A stretch of DNA of 64,000 bases from Hyphomicrobiales bacterium (GTDB lineage: Bacteria; Pseudomonadota; Alphaproteobacteria; Rhizobiales; Aestuariivirgaceae): positions 11,762 through 75,761 of the forward strand of contig JALSGQ010000037.1 in assembly GCA_026982665.1 (NCBI GenBank), given 5' to 3'. Positions within the stretch are counted from its first letter, which is position 1, and every line of letters starts with the position of its first letter. The notes below the pieces were generated by a model, which did no database searches, had not been told where the DNA came from, and saw only the letters and a list, made by a program, of their open reading frames with translations. This document shows, piece by piece, positions 9,809 through 19,753 of this stretch. Made by a program: the position numbers and the translations under genes.

Positions 9809-10609
9809 ATGCGAGGAATGAACAAGATGCAAAAGATACTGGCATCGGCAATGGCGGCAGCCTTCATTGCCGCCGGCGTGCTTGGCATGAGTGGTGTTGG
9901 TGGTGATGCGCAGGCAGCACCGCAGGTGAAGAATGTCAAGCAGGCAGCAAAGGCAAAAAAGCGGGTGGCGCGGCACAAGAAGGCCGTGCGCAAGGTCAAC
10001 TTCCGCTCGGGGCGGCTGGCCCAGCGGCAGCAGAAGAAACCGCAGGTGAAGCGGCAGCAGAAGGCGGTGAAGGTGGCGGCCCTGTTCGGCGGCGCGTCGC
10101 AGGCAGCGTCAAGCACTCGTCGCGACGGGCGGATCTACGATGCATCGGGGCGCTACCTGGGCAAGACCATCGTGAAGTTTGACAGGAAGCTGAAGCCCGG
10201 CACCATACTGGTGAAGACGAAGGAGCGGGCGCTGTATTACGTGTTGCCGGGTGGCAAGGCGGAGAAATATGGCGTTGGCGTGGGGCGCGAGGGTTTTCAG
10301 TGGTCTGGTGTCAACCGGATCTCCGCCAAGAAGAAGTGGCCGGAGTGGCGGCCGCCGGAAGAGATGAAGAAGCGCGAGCTCATCAAGTATGGCCGCAAGC
10401 TGCCGGACGTGATGCCGGGCGGGCCGGACAATCCGCTGGGGGCGCGCGCCTTGTATATCGGCAGCACGCTGTATCGCATCCACGGCACCAACAATCCGCG
10501 CTCCATCGGCAAGTTCGTGTCTTCCGGCTGCATTCGCATGACGAATGACGAGGTCAGCGAGCTTTACGAGAAGGTGAAGGTGGGCGCGCGGGTCATCGTG
10601 GAGAACTGA
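9809..10609 (+). CDS. L,D-transpeptidase (YkuD domain) with Lys-rich N-terminal region
   Basis: Signal peptide MNKMQKILASAMAAAFIAAG. Catalytic region LYRIHGTNNPRSIGKFVSSGCIRMTNDEV. Start is ambiguous among 9809, 9818 and 9827. Confidence 0.85.
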   Translation: MRGMNKMQKILASAMAAAFIAAGVLGMSGVGGDAQAAPQVKNVKQAAKAKKRVARHKKAVRKVNFRSGRLAQRQQKKPQVKRQQKAVKVAALFGGASQAASSTRRDGRIYDASGRYLGKTIVKFDRKLKPGTILVKTKERALYYVLPGGKAEKYGVGVGREGFQWSGVNRISAKKKWPEWRPPEEMKKRELIKYGRKLPDVMPGGPDNPLGARALYIGSTLYRIHGTNNPRSIGKFVSSGCIRMTNDEVSELYEKVKVGARVIVEN

Positions 10610-10820
10610 GCAGGCGGGTGGCAGCCTTGTGGCTGGCGTGCCTGTCAGGCTTGCGCGGAAGTATTGCCGCGTGCTATGCTTCCGGCAGAATGCAGAAAGG
10701 TGTGCTGTCCCGGGCGGGATGGCACACTTTTGCTGTTTTGCTGCCCTGGCATCTGGCCTGTGAAGGCGCATGCAGACAGGGCAGGGACCTTTTTCCTGAC
10801 CGACATGGAGAACAATCGAC

Positions 10821-11222
10821 ATGGCTCGTGTTACCGTCGAGGACTGCATCGACAAGGTTTCCAACCGTTTTGACCTGGTGTTGCTGGCCGCTTTCCGGGC
10901 GCGGCAGCTCTCTCAGGGTGCACCGCTGACGGTTGATCGCGACAACGACAAGAACTCGGTGGTGGCCCTGCGCGAGATTGCCGAGGGCACCATCGACACG
11001 GAAGACCTGAAGGAGCAGCTCATTCACAGCCTGCAGAAGCATGCGGAAGTGGACGAGCCGGAGCCTTCCGAGGCACCGCTGCTGGCCGGTCAGCAGCAGG
11101 CGGAGGAAGCTTCCGCCGAGGATGTGGTGGAGGCAGACCGCATGAGCGAGGAAGAGCTGCTGATGGGGCTGGAGGGGCTGCCGCCGGCGGAAAGCCCCGG
11201 CTCGCAACGCTCCGGTTACTGA
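10821..11222 (+). CDS. rpoZ: DNA-directed RNA polymerase subunit omega
   Basis: [30 protein letters not shown] ... ALREIAEG, followed by an acidic tail. Confidence 0.95.
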   Translation: MARVTVEDCIDKVSNRFDLVLLAAFRARQLSQGAPLTVDRDNDKNSVVALREIAEGTIDTEDLKEQLIHSLQKHAEVDEPEPSEAPLLAGQQQAEEASAEDVVEADRMSEEELLMGLEGLPPAESPGSQRSGY

Positions 11223-11309
11223 GTGCGAGAACCTCTTCAACGCCCGCGGCAGCCGCGGGCGTTGGCTTCCGGTCTTCGAGAAGATTGCTGCTGATTCGGA
11301 TATAAAGCC

Positions 11310-12173
11310 ATGAACGCGCCTGCACAAAAGCCCAATGCCGTGGTGGAGCTGTCGACACCCGCCGGTGATGTCATTCGCCTTGGCAATGATCAGCCGCTGG
11401 TGCTCATCGCCGGGCCGTGCCAGCTTGAATCGCGCGCGCATGGCCTGATGATGGCCGAGCGGCTGGCGGAGCTGGCGGAAGCGCAGGGCATTGCCGTCAT
11501 TTTCAAGTCTTCCTTCGACAAGGCCAACCGCACCTCCCTTTCCGGCGCGCGCGGCATGGGGCTGGAGCCGGCGCTGGAGGTGTTTGCCGAAATCCGCGAG
11601 CGCACCGGCCTGCCGGTGCTTACCGACGTGCATTGGCCGGAGCAGTGCGCAAGGGTGGCGGAGGTGGTGGACATCCTGCAGATTCCCGCCTTCCTGTGCC
11701 GGCAGACCGACCTGCTGGTGGCTGCAGCGCAGACGGGGCGGGTGGTGAACGTGAAGAAGGGGCAGTTCCTGGCGCCGTGGGACATTGGCCCGGTCATCGG
11801 CAAGGTAACCGGCTCGGGCAACGCCAACGTGCTGATTACCGAGCGCGGCAGCAGCTTTGGCTACAATACGCTGGTGAACGACTTCAAGGGGCTGGCCCAC
11901 ATGAAGGGATATGGGGCTCCGCTGGTGTTCGACGCCACCCATTCCGTGCAGCAGCCCGGCGGGCTGGGCGGTGCATCGGGTGGCGACCGGCGCTTCGTCG
12001 AGCCACTGGCGCGGGCAGCCGTGGCCGTGGGGGTGGCGGCGGTGTTCATGGAAACCCATGATGATCCGGACAATGCGCCGTCTGACGGCCCCAACATGGT
12101 TCCCGTGGATGATCTGCCGCGGCTGGTGAAGCTGTTGCAGCGCTTCGATGCCATTGCCAAGGAGCAGGCCTGA
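11310..12173 (+). CDS. kdsA: 3-deoxy-8-phosphooctulonate synthase
   Basis: Motifs: LIAGPCQLES, IFKSSFDKANRTS, LPVLTDVH, VVNVKKGQFLAPWD, ERGSSFGYNTLVND, DATHSVQQPGG. Confidence 0.95.
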   Translation: MNAPAQKPNAVVELSTPAGDVIRLGNDQPLVLIAGPCQLESRAHGLMMAERLAELAEAQGIAVIFKSSFDKANRTSLSGARGMGLEPALEVFAEIRERTGLPVLTDVHWPEQCARVAEVVDILQIPAFLCRQTDLLVAAAQTGRVVNVKKGQFLAPWDIGPVIGKVTGSGNANVLITERGSSFGYNTLVNDFKGLAHMKGYGAPLVFDATHSVQQPGGLGGASGGDRRFVEPLARAAVAVGVAAVFMETHDDPDNAPSDGPNMVPVDDLPRLVKLLQRFDAIAKEQA

Positions 12174-12268
12174 TGCCGGGCATCTGCCTTGAGCGCACAA
12201 AATAGCTTGCATGCATCCGCGCGCCATTGTCATGGCGCATTGCGGGCGCTATAGACCCTTGGTGATGA

Positions 12269-13606
<1,338 letters not shown>

Positions 13607-13689
13607 GCTGGTTGGTGCTGGTGCTGTTGCTTGTTCGACGGCTGGCGCAGTGCTCGGCAGCCCCTTGACAGGCGAACATGGAAAAAGTT

Positions 13690-13719
13690 CCCCGGCCTGC
13701 CAGGCCGGGGAGTTTTTTA
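13690..13719 (+). terminator. rho-independent terminator after eno
   Basis: CCCCGGCC-tgcca-GGCCGGGG (13690-13710) followed by AGTTTTTTA. An upstream A-run could also let it serve the convergent hslV weakly. Confidence 0.6.
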
Positions 13720-13903
13720 CCTTTGGCGGTGCAAGCCTGCCTTTTGCAAATGCCGGATGCCAGGATCCATTACCCTTTATCCTCCACCTCCCTGCACCAT
13801 GAGCCTCATGCACAATCATGCGATTTGACTGATCGATCGAAAGACAAAAGGGGCGGGAGGTGGCTCTTTCTGCTCTTTTTCCGTCTGTTGCCGTGAGTCG
13901 TTT

Positions 13904-14476
13904 TCAGCCCAGCTTCTCCACCACCACCTTATCGTTGGTGAACACGCAGATCTCCGCCGCGATGGACATGGCCTTGCGGGCGATGGTTTCGGCATCGGCA
14001 TCCGTTGCCATCAGCGCGCGGGCCGCCGCCAGCGCATACATCCCGCCAGAGCCGATGGCCGCCACGCCACCTTCCGGCTCCAGCACGTCGCCGGTACCGG
14101 TCAGCACCAGCAGGTGCTCCGCGTCGGCGACGATCATCATCGCCTCCAGCCGCCTGAGATAACGATCGGTGCGCCAGTCCTTGGCCAGCTCCACGCAGGC
14201 GCGGAGCAACTGCCCCGGATACTGCTCCAGCTTCGCCTCCAGCCGCTCCAGCAGGGTGAAGGCATCCGCCGTCGCCCCGGCAAAGCCGGCCAGCACCTTG
14301 CCGCCCGCCAAAGTGCGCACCTTGCGCGCAGAGTGCTTGATCACCGTGTTGCCCAGCGACACCTGCCCGTCGCCCGCCAGCACCACCGCGCCATCCTTGC
14401 GCACGCCGAGAATGGTGGTGCCATGCCACGTGCCACCCCCATGCCACATACTGCCCGTTTCCTGCCGATCGTTCAT
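13904..14476 (-). CDS. hslV: ATP-dependent protease subunit HslV
   Basis: Motifs: [61 protein letters not shown]. Start may be the internal Met at 14449. Confidence 0.9.
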   Translation of the reverse strand: MNDRQETGSMWHGGGTWHGTTILGVRKDGAVVLAGDGQVSLGNTVIKHSARKVRTLAGGKVLAGFAGATADAFTLLERLEAKLEQYPGQLLRACVELAKDWRTDRYLRRLEAMMIVADAEHLLVLTGTGDVLEPEGGVAAIGSGGMYALAAARALMATDADAETIARKAMSIAAEICVFTNDKVVVEKLG

Positions 14477-14477
14477 C

Positions 14478-16421
14478 TCATGCGCTCTCCTGCCGCAACG
14501 GTTCCGTTACCCGCTTCAACCACGCCGCGGCACGGCTGTCCAGCTTCCCGACATGGGGCAGCAGTGCTTCGCGCACACGTGCGTGGTAGGCATCTACCTG
14601 CGCCACCTCCTGCGTCGTCAGCATGGAAACCTCTATCAGCCGCCGGTCAATGGGGCAGAGAGTGATGGTCTCGAACGACAGCATCGCCCGCTCGCCATCT
14701 TTCGGTGTCTCCGCCTCGCGGCACAGGATGAGATTCTCGATGCGGATGCCGTAATGCCCTTCGCGATAATAACCCGGCTCGTTGGATGTGATCATGCCCG
14801 GCTTCAGCGCTGCCTGCCCACGCAGGGAGATGCTCTGCGGCCCCTCGTGCACGTTCAGGAAACAGCCCACACCATGCCCCGTGCCGTGGTCGTAATCCAG
14901 CCCCGCCGCCCACAGGAACTGCCGCGCCAGCACATCCAGGTTCGCGCCCTTCACCCCGGCGGGAAAGCGCGCGCAGGACAGCGCCAGCATGCCCTTCAGC
15001 ACCAGCGTGAAATGCCGCTTCTGCTCTGCCGTCGGCTGCATGCCGGCGGGGCCGATGAACACCGTGCGGGTTACGTCCGTGGTGCCGTCCTCGTATTGCC
15101 CGCCGGAGTCCACCAGGTAGAGTTCTCCCGGCTTCAGCGCGCGGTTGCTGGCGGTGGTAACGCGATAATGCACGATGGCCCCGTTCGGCCCGGCACCGGA
15201 GATGGTGTCGAACGACAGGTCGAACAGCTCGCTGCCCATCGCCTGCGCCGTGTCGATGCGCAGTTCCTCCAGCTTCACCGCGGCGGAAATCTCGTCCACC
15301 GAGCCATCTGCCGCCGCCTCCTCCAGCCACGCAAAGAAGCGCACCAGCGCCACCCCGTCGCGCACGTGCGCGGCCTTCATGCCCTCCTGCTCGGCTTGCG
15401 TCTTGCACGCCTTCGGCCACAGGCACGGATCATCGCCGCGCACCACCTCCGCCCCTGCCGCCGCCAGCAGCGAGAACACCTGCGCCGCCGCCGAACGCGC
15501 ATCCGCCAGCACCCGCCTGCCTTGCAGTGCCGCATCCTCGCCCAGCGCCTGAAGCGCGGAGAACGGCAGCACCTCGGCCAACCCCCGTACCTGCTCCAGC
15601 ACTTGCGGTGTGAACGCCGGCGTCCCGGCATCGCGAAAATGCGTCGTCTCGTGCAGGAACAGCCGCGCTGGCTGCGCCTCGTCGGCGAACACCAGCGCCA
15701 TGCCCAGCACCACCGGGTTGTGCACGATGGCGCGGCTGCGAATGTTGAACAGCCAGCTCACCGAATCGGTAGCGGTAATCAGCGCCGCATCTGCCCCCTG
15801 CCCGCGCAGGGCATCGCGCACCAGCGCCAGCTTCTCCGCCACCGAGCGCCCGGCAAGGCGCACATCATGCGCGAAGATCTCCGCCAGCACGGGCTGCGGG
15901 CGATCTTCCCAGATCTCCTCCACCGGATCGGGCAGCACGAAGCGCAGTGTTGCCCCGGCCTTCTCCACCGCCCGCTGATATCGCTGCGCCGCCTCTTCCG
16001 TCAGCAGCCACGGGTTCACGCCCGCTACCTGCCCTTCCCGTAGCCGCTCGCGCAGCCACTGTGCCGGGCGCACCTCGGCAATGGGCACCACCTCGATGAT
16101 GGCTTCATCCACCTGCTGTGCCGCCTGCAGCGTATAGCGCCCGTCCACGAACAGCGCCGCGCGCTCACCTTCCGCCACCGGCACGATCAGCAGACCGGCG
16201 GAGCCGGTGAAACCGGTGAGCCACGCCAGCCGCTCCTCCGATTCCGGCAGATATTCATTCTGAAAGGCATCGGCCCGCGGCACGATGAGATAATCCAGCC
16301 CCAGCTTGCGCATCCGCGCACGCAACGCCGCAAGTCGCCCCCCTGCCTTTTGCGGCTCGGCTGCGTCCGTGAATACCTGAAACCGGCTTCTGCCCGGCCT
16401 GTCCGCAACGCTGGTATCCAT
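14478..16421 (-). CDS. M24-family Xaa-Pro aminopeptidase (aminopeptidase P-like)
   Basis: 647-aa ORF. Has creatinase-like N-terminal repeats and a C-terminal pita-bread fold: [50 protein letters not shown]. Confidence 0.85.
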   Translation of the reverse strand: MDTSVADRPGRSRFQVFTDAAEPQKAGGRLAALRARMRKLGLDYLIVPRADAFQNEYLPESEERLAWLTGFTGSAGLLIVPVAEGERAALFVDGRYTLQAAQQVDEAIIEVVPIAEVRPAQWLRERLREGQVAGVNPWLLTEEAAQRYQRAVEKAGATLRFVLPDPVEEIWEDRPQPVLAEIFAHDVRLAGRSVAEKLALVRDALRGQGADAALITATDSVSWLFNIRSRAIVHNPVVLGMALVFADEAQPARLFLHETTHFRDAGTPAFTPQVLEQVRGLAEVLPFSALQALGEDAALQGRRVLADARSAAAQVFSLLAAAGAEVVRGDDPCLWPKACKTQAEQEGMKAAHVRDGVALVRFFAWLEEAAADGSVDEISAAVKLEELRIDTAQAMGSELFDLSFDTISGAGPNGAIVHYRVTTASNRALKPGELYLVDSGGQYEDGTTDVTRTVFIGPAGMQPTAEQKRHFTLVLKGMLALSCARFPAGVKGANLDVLARQFLWAAGLDYDHGTGHGVGCFLNVHEGPQSISLRGQAALKPGMITSNEPGYYREGHYGIRIENLILCREAETPKDGERAMLSFETITLCPIDRRLIEVSMLTTQEVAQVDAYHARVREALLPHVGKLDSRAAAWLKRVTEPLRQESA

Positions 16422-16692
16422 GCCTCATCTCCTGACACCGAAAAAACACCACTCTGGCACAACCTGCGCCCTGTGCACGAAGCGGTCAAGAACCGGCCCA
16501 ACATGTTTACCGAAGCGGGGAGGCGTTTTGACAGGATTCGCAAGAGGCACCATGACACCAAATCCGAATCTCACACTCGGAAATACGAAAATCACATGAA
16601 CGAATTGTTGGAAATGATATTTTTCATCAAAAAATACAGATAGTTATCATTTTTTCAATTGCATGCAAAAAATGCATATCAGTATTACGTGA

Positions 16693-16707
16693 TTAACCAT
16701 TGCTTAA
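16693..16707. promoter_or_regulatory. TTAA-N7-TTAA motif (CtrA-box-like) within an AT-rich island
   Basis: The sequence reads gaTTAAccattgcTTAAtc, which is also a GATTAA/TTAATC inverted repeat. It is a single occurrence, so function is unproven. Confidence 0.3.
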
Positions 16708-16745
16708 TCAGGCGCGGCGTATCATATAACCCACGACAGAACGGA

Positions 16746-16897
16746 GCGCGCCACCCGCAAGGTGGCGCAACTGCTTCTCCTCCCTCTGTTGCTGTTTCGG
16801 AAGTCAGGCAAGAAGTTCTCCCCTCCCTCTTCTTCCTCCCTCCTGACTTCTGCATCTGGCCCGGCTGGACCCCTCCCCCAGCCGGGCCTTTTCTTTG
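16746..16897 (+). ncRNA. candidate small RNA: three hairpins, CU-rich loops, plus-strand intrinsic terminator
   Basis: Hairpin 1: GCGCCACC-cgcaa-GGTGGCGC (16748-16768). Hairpin 2: GAAGTCAGG ... CCTGACTTC (16800-16850), enclosing a CU-rich loop with CCUCC motifs. Hairpin 3: GGCCCGGCTGG-9nt-CCAGCCGGGCC (16858-16888) followed by TTTTCTTT. There is no plus-strand CDS nearby. The 5' end is unknown. Confidence 0.3.
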
Positions 16898-16978
16898 CCC
16901 CGCCAATCGCCTGATCAAGGCGGACATGACCACATGCATGCCGCCAGCAACCGCCAGCTTGCAGAGAGCCTCGGAAAA

Positions 16979-17353
16979 TCACTTCAGCGTGGGGCGCGAA
17001 AGGACAAACCACGCACCATAAGCGATGATGGCCAGCGACAGCGCCACCACCCACCATGCCAGCGGCGCAAAGGCCAGCAGCCAGATGCTGGTAATGCCCA
17101 TGCTGCCCACCGCCAGCAGCTTGCCGCGCGCCGGTATTGCCCGCTGCTCCTGCCAGGCCTTCAGCGGCGGCCCCAGCCGCGCATGCTCCAGCAACCAGCG
17201 GTGCAGCCGCTCGGAGCTGTTGGCAAAGGCCCACGCCGCCACCAGCAGGAACGGCACCGTGGGCAGCACCGGCAGAAAGGCCCCCACCACGCCCAGCGCG
17301 GTGAACAGCACGCCAATGATGATGAACAGCCCCTTGCGCATCTTGCCCGTCAT
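16979..17353 (-). CDS. YbaN/DUF454 family inner-membrane protein
   Basis: Starts at MTGKMRKGLFIIIGVLFTALGVVGAFLPVLPTVPFLLVAAWAFANSSERLHRWLLEH. It has later TM helices. Confidence 0.75.
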   Translation of the reverse strand: MTGKMRKGLFIIIGVLFTALGVVGAFLPVLPTVPFLLVAAWAFANSSERLHRWLLEHARLGPPLKAWQEQRAIPARGKLLAVGSMGITSIWLLAFAPLAWWVVALSLAIIAYGAWFVLSRPTLK

Positions 17354-17412
17354 GCCCACAAGGTAATGCGCCAATTGCCCCCGTGCAACATTGGCAGCGC
17401 CTGCGCAGGATT

Positions 17413-18498
17413 TCAGGCAACGCCGGGCAGCCGCAGCAACAACGTGCTCCACTCGCCCAGCCGCCAGCGCCGCTCCAGCCGCAAGCCGCGCGGCAGGAAG
17501 GCCGCCAGCACCATCGCTTCCTGCTGCCGCAGCAGCCCGGAAAGCACCAGCCAGCCACCAGGCCGCATCTGCGCCCGCAGCTCTGCTGCCATGCGCATCA
17601 AAGGCCGCGCCAGGATGTTGGCAAACACCAGGTCATGTCCGTTCTGCCGCACAGGCATTCCGGGCGGTGGACGCAATACTCGCCAGCGCGAATACAGTGC
17701 CTGCGGCACCCGCGATGCCGCCAATGCCCGCCGCACCCGTTGCACGCCAGGCCGCGGTATCACCGCGCGGTGAAGCGGGCGTTCACCACCACCAAAACGC
17801 TGCACCAGAGCGTGCCGCGTGCCTGCTGCCACCACCAGTCGCATGCCCGGCACACCATTGAGCCGCGCATTCTCCCGTGCTGTTGCCACCGCCACGGGGT
17901 CGATATCCGTGGCCACAACACGCACTTTCAAGGCCCGCGCCGCGGCAATGCCCAGCACGCCACTGCCCGTGCCCACATCCAGCACCCGTATCGGGCACAT
18001 GCCGGAAGGCCCCAGGTGCCGCCGTTTCAGCAGCCATTCCAATGCCAGCAGGCAGCCTTGCGTGGTGCCATGATGCCCTGTGCCGAACGCCTGCCCGGCT
18101 TCTATCTCGATGTTGATGGCATGGAGGGCTCGCTGCTGCCGATCATGTGCGCCATGCACGAAGAAGCGCCCGGCACGCACCGGCCGCAACCCCTGCTGCA
18201 CCCTGGCCACCCAGTCCACGTCAGGCAATGCTTCAGGCCTGAAGCCTGCCTCGGCAATGCCTGCCAGTGCTGCCAGCTCCTGCAAATGTTCTTCGATGCT
18301 TGCCTCCAACACTGCAGCCTGCGCGGCATCACAGAACACCTCCACCTGCCATGCCGCGGCAGCATCATCCGGCAGCTCGAAGGCGCTGGCCGCAACCACC
18401 AGCGGCCACCCCGCCTCGCCCGCCACGGCAGCCAGCCGCTGCGCATCCTCGCGTGCCAGGGCAGCACTGACGAACCGTTGTGCATCGGCATCAACCAT
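17413..18498 (-). CDS. prmA: ribosomal protein L11 methyltransferase
   Basis: Motifs: AFGTGHHGTTQGCL, VLDVGTGSGVLGIAAA, VVATDIDPVAVATARENARLNGV, VFANILARPL. Confidence 0.85.
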   Translation of the reverse strand: MVDADAQRFVSAALAREDAQRLAAVAGEAGWPLVVAASAFELPDDAAAAWQVEVFCDAAQAAVLEASIEEHLQELAALAGIAEAGFRPEALPDVDWVARVQQGLRPVRAGRFFVHGAHDRQQRALHAINIEIEAGQAFGTGHHGTTQGCLLALEWLLKRRHLGPSGMCPIRVLDVGTGSGVLGIAAARALKVRVVATDIDPVAVATARENARLNGVPGMRLVVAAGTRHALVQRFGGGERPLHRAVIPRPGVQRVRRALAASRVPQALYSRWRVLRPPPGMPVRQNGHDLVFANILARPLMRMAAELRAQMRPGGWLVLSGLLRQQEAMVLAAFLPRGLRLERRWRLGEWSTLLLRLPGVA

Positions 18499-18519
18499 GC
18501 GTGCCTGTCCTCGATACCT

Positions 18520-19521
18520 TCAGTAGATGACGGTTACCACGATGGTATCCGTATAGGTGCCAGGGCTGGGTGTGGTCTGCGGAAACACCCGCCCGTAGGT
18601 GGTATAGCTCTGCACGTTGCCCGTGCCGATGCCGCTGATGCTGTTGGCCGGAGTGTTGCCCCAGCCCAGCGTGCGCGCTGCATCGCGATAGATGCCATAG
18701 CGTACCGATTCCGCCCCGCTGCTCATGCGCCGCTGGTCGGGAGTGGCGGCATTGGCAAGGCCGCCATTCAGCTCCACCCGGTAAGGTGTGCCATTGGTGC
18801 AGCGGACATCAACCCGGCCATTGGCATCGACATTGCTGTTGAGCACCCCTGCGACACCAAAGTTTATGTCCGTTGCCGACACTTCGCAGAAGGGAATGAC
18901 ATTCGCCCGCACCTGGAAGCTGACATTCTGCGCGCCGTCAACAAACAGGCATGCACCAATGCTGCTGGAGGAATACTCGATCCGGGCATCGAATCCGGAA
19001 AAGCTGGACGTATAAAACCCCGGCACGACGGTATTCTGCCCCGCCGGAATGCGCGCATCGATCACCTGTGTCCAGCTGCCGTTGCCGGCACCATCCAGGC
19101 GGAAGCGGAACACCGGCGCACGCTGTGGTTCGGCCCAGAAATCCGAGCCCCAGATGTTGGATGTGCCTGGTTCGTAGAGATTGTAGGAGAGCTTGTTGCC
19201 GCTGCTGTCCAGCGTCCGGGGGTTGCCGGTGGTGCCGCCAGTGCCGTAACCGAAGCTGGGGCAGATGCTGACCAGGCCGTTGGGGTTGCCATTGGTGCAG
19301 GTGATGGCAAGCACGCCCGTTGTGGAGATGGTGGCACCGGAGAGCACGTTGATATTGCCGAAGTCGATGTCCGAAACACTGAAGGTGCACTGAAACCCCG
19401 GCGGCGTTATGATGGCCTGCGCCTCGCGCCCGCCAGAAGCAACGGCCAGGCACAGCAGCAACAGCAGCCCGCCCTTCTTGCGCAAGGCCTTTGCCCCCTT
19501 CTTGTGGCCACCATCTGCCAT
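18520..19521 (-). CDS. secreted protein with two spore-coat-protein-U (SCPU/Csu-type pilin) domains
   Basis: Signal peptide KKGGLLLLLCLAVASGGREAQA. Two repeats of the pattern C-x-F/V-S-x-x-DI(D/N)FG ... (I/V)xCTNG ... Y(N/G)(L/I)Y. The C-terminus PGTYTDTIVVTVIY is typical of SCPU. GC is slightly below that of the neighbours. Confidence 0.7.
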   Translation of the reverse strand: MADGGHKKGAKALRKKGGLLLLLCLAVASGGREAQAIITPPGFQCTFSVSDIDFGNINVLSGATISTTGVLAITCTNGNPNGLVSICPSFGYGTGGTTGNPRTLDSSGNKLSYNLYEPGTSNIWGSDFWAEPQRAPVFRFRLDGAGNGSWTQVIDARIPAGQNTVVPGFYTSSFSGFDARIEYSSSSIGACLFVDGAQNVSFQVRANVIPFCEVSATDINFGVAGVLNSNVDANGRVDVRCTNGTPYRVELNGGLANAATPDQRRMSSGAESVRYGIYRDAARTLGWGNTPANSISGIGTGNVQSYTTYGRVFPQTTPSPGTYTDTIVVTVIY

Positions 19522-19753
19522 CACGCACGTCTCGTCAGCATCATCGAGAATCACGCCACCATATCAAGGGATGCTTTGCCTTCCCTACAGGGAAAGCAAG
19601 CCGGTTTCTCGCAATTATTGTGCAAAACCCCACCCGAACGGGTGGCGTGATAGCGAAATGGCGAACGGATGGAAGCAAGCGAAATGACGGGCCCGCAAGT
19701 CATGCCGCACAGGCAAAGCCACCTGCACGCAGCATTATCATGCCTGCCCATGC

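Noticed and set aside
16560-16720. AT-rich island as a chromosomal replication origin
   Set aside because: There is only one TTAA-N7-TTAA motif and no cluster of DnaA-box-like 9-mers that I could find. The flanking genes (aminopeptidase, ybaN, prmA) are not typical ori neighbours.
16659-17021. 120-aa plus-strand ORF over the AT-rich island and hairpins
   Set aside because: The composition changes abruptly along it. It spans three strong RNA hairpins and a terminator, and overlaps the 3' end of ybaN. It is better explained as non-coding.
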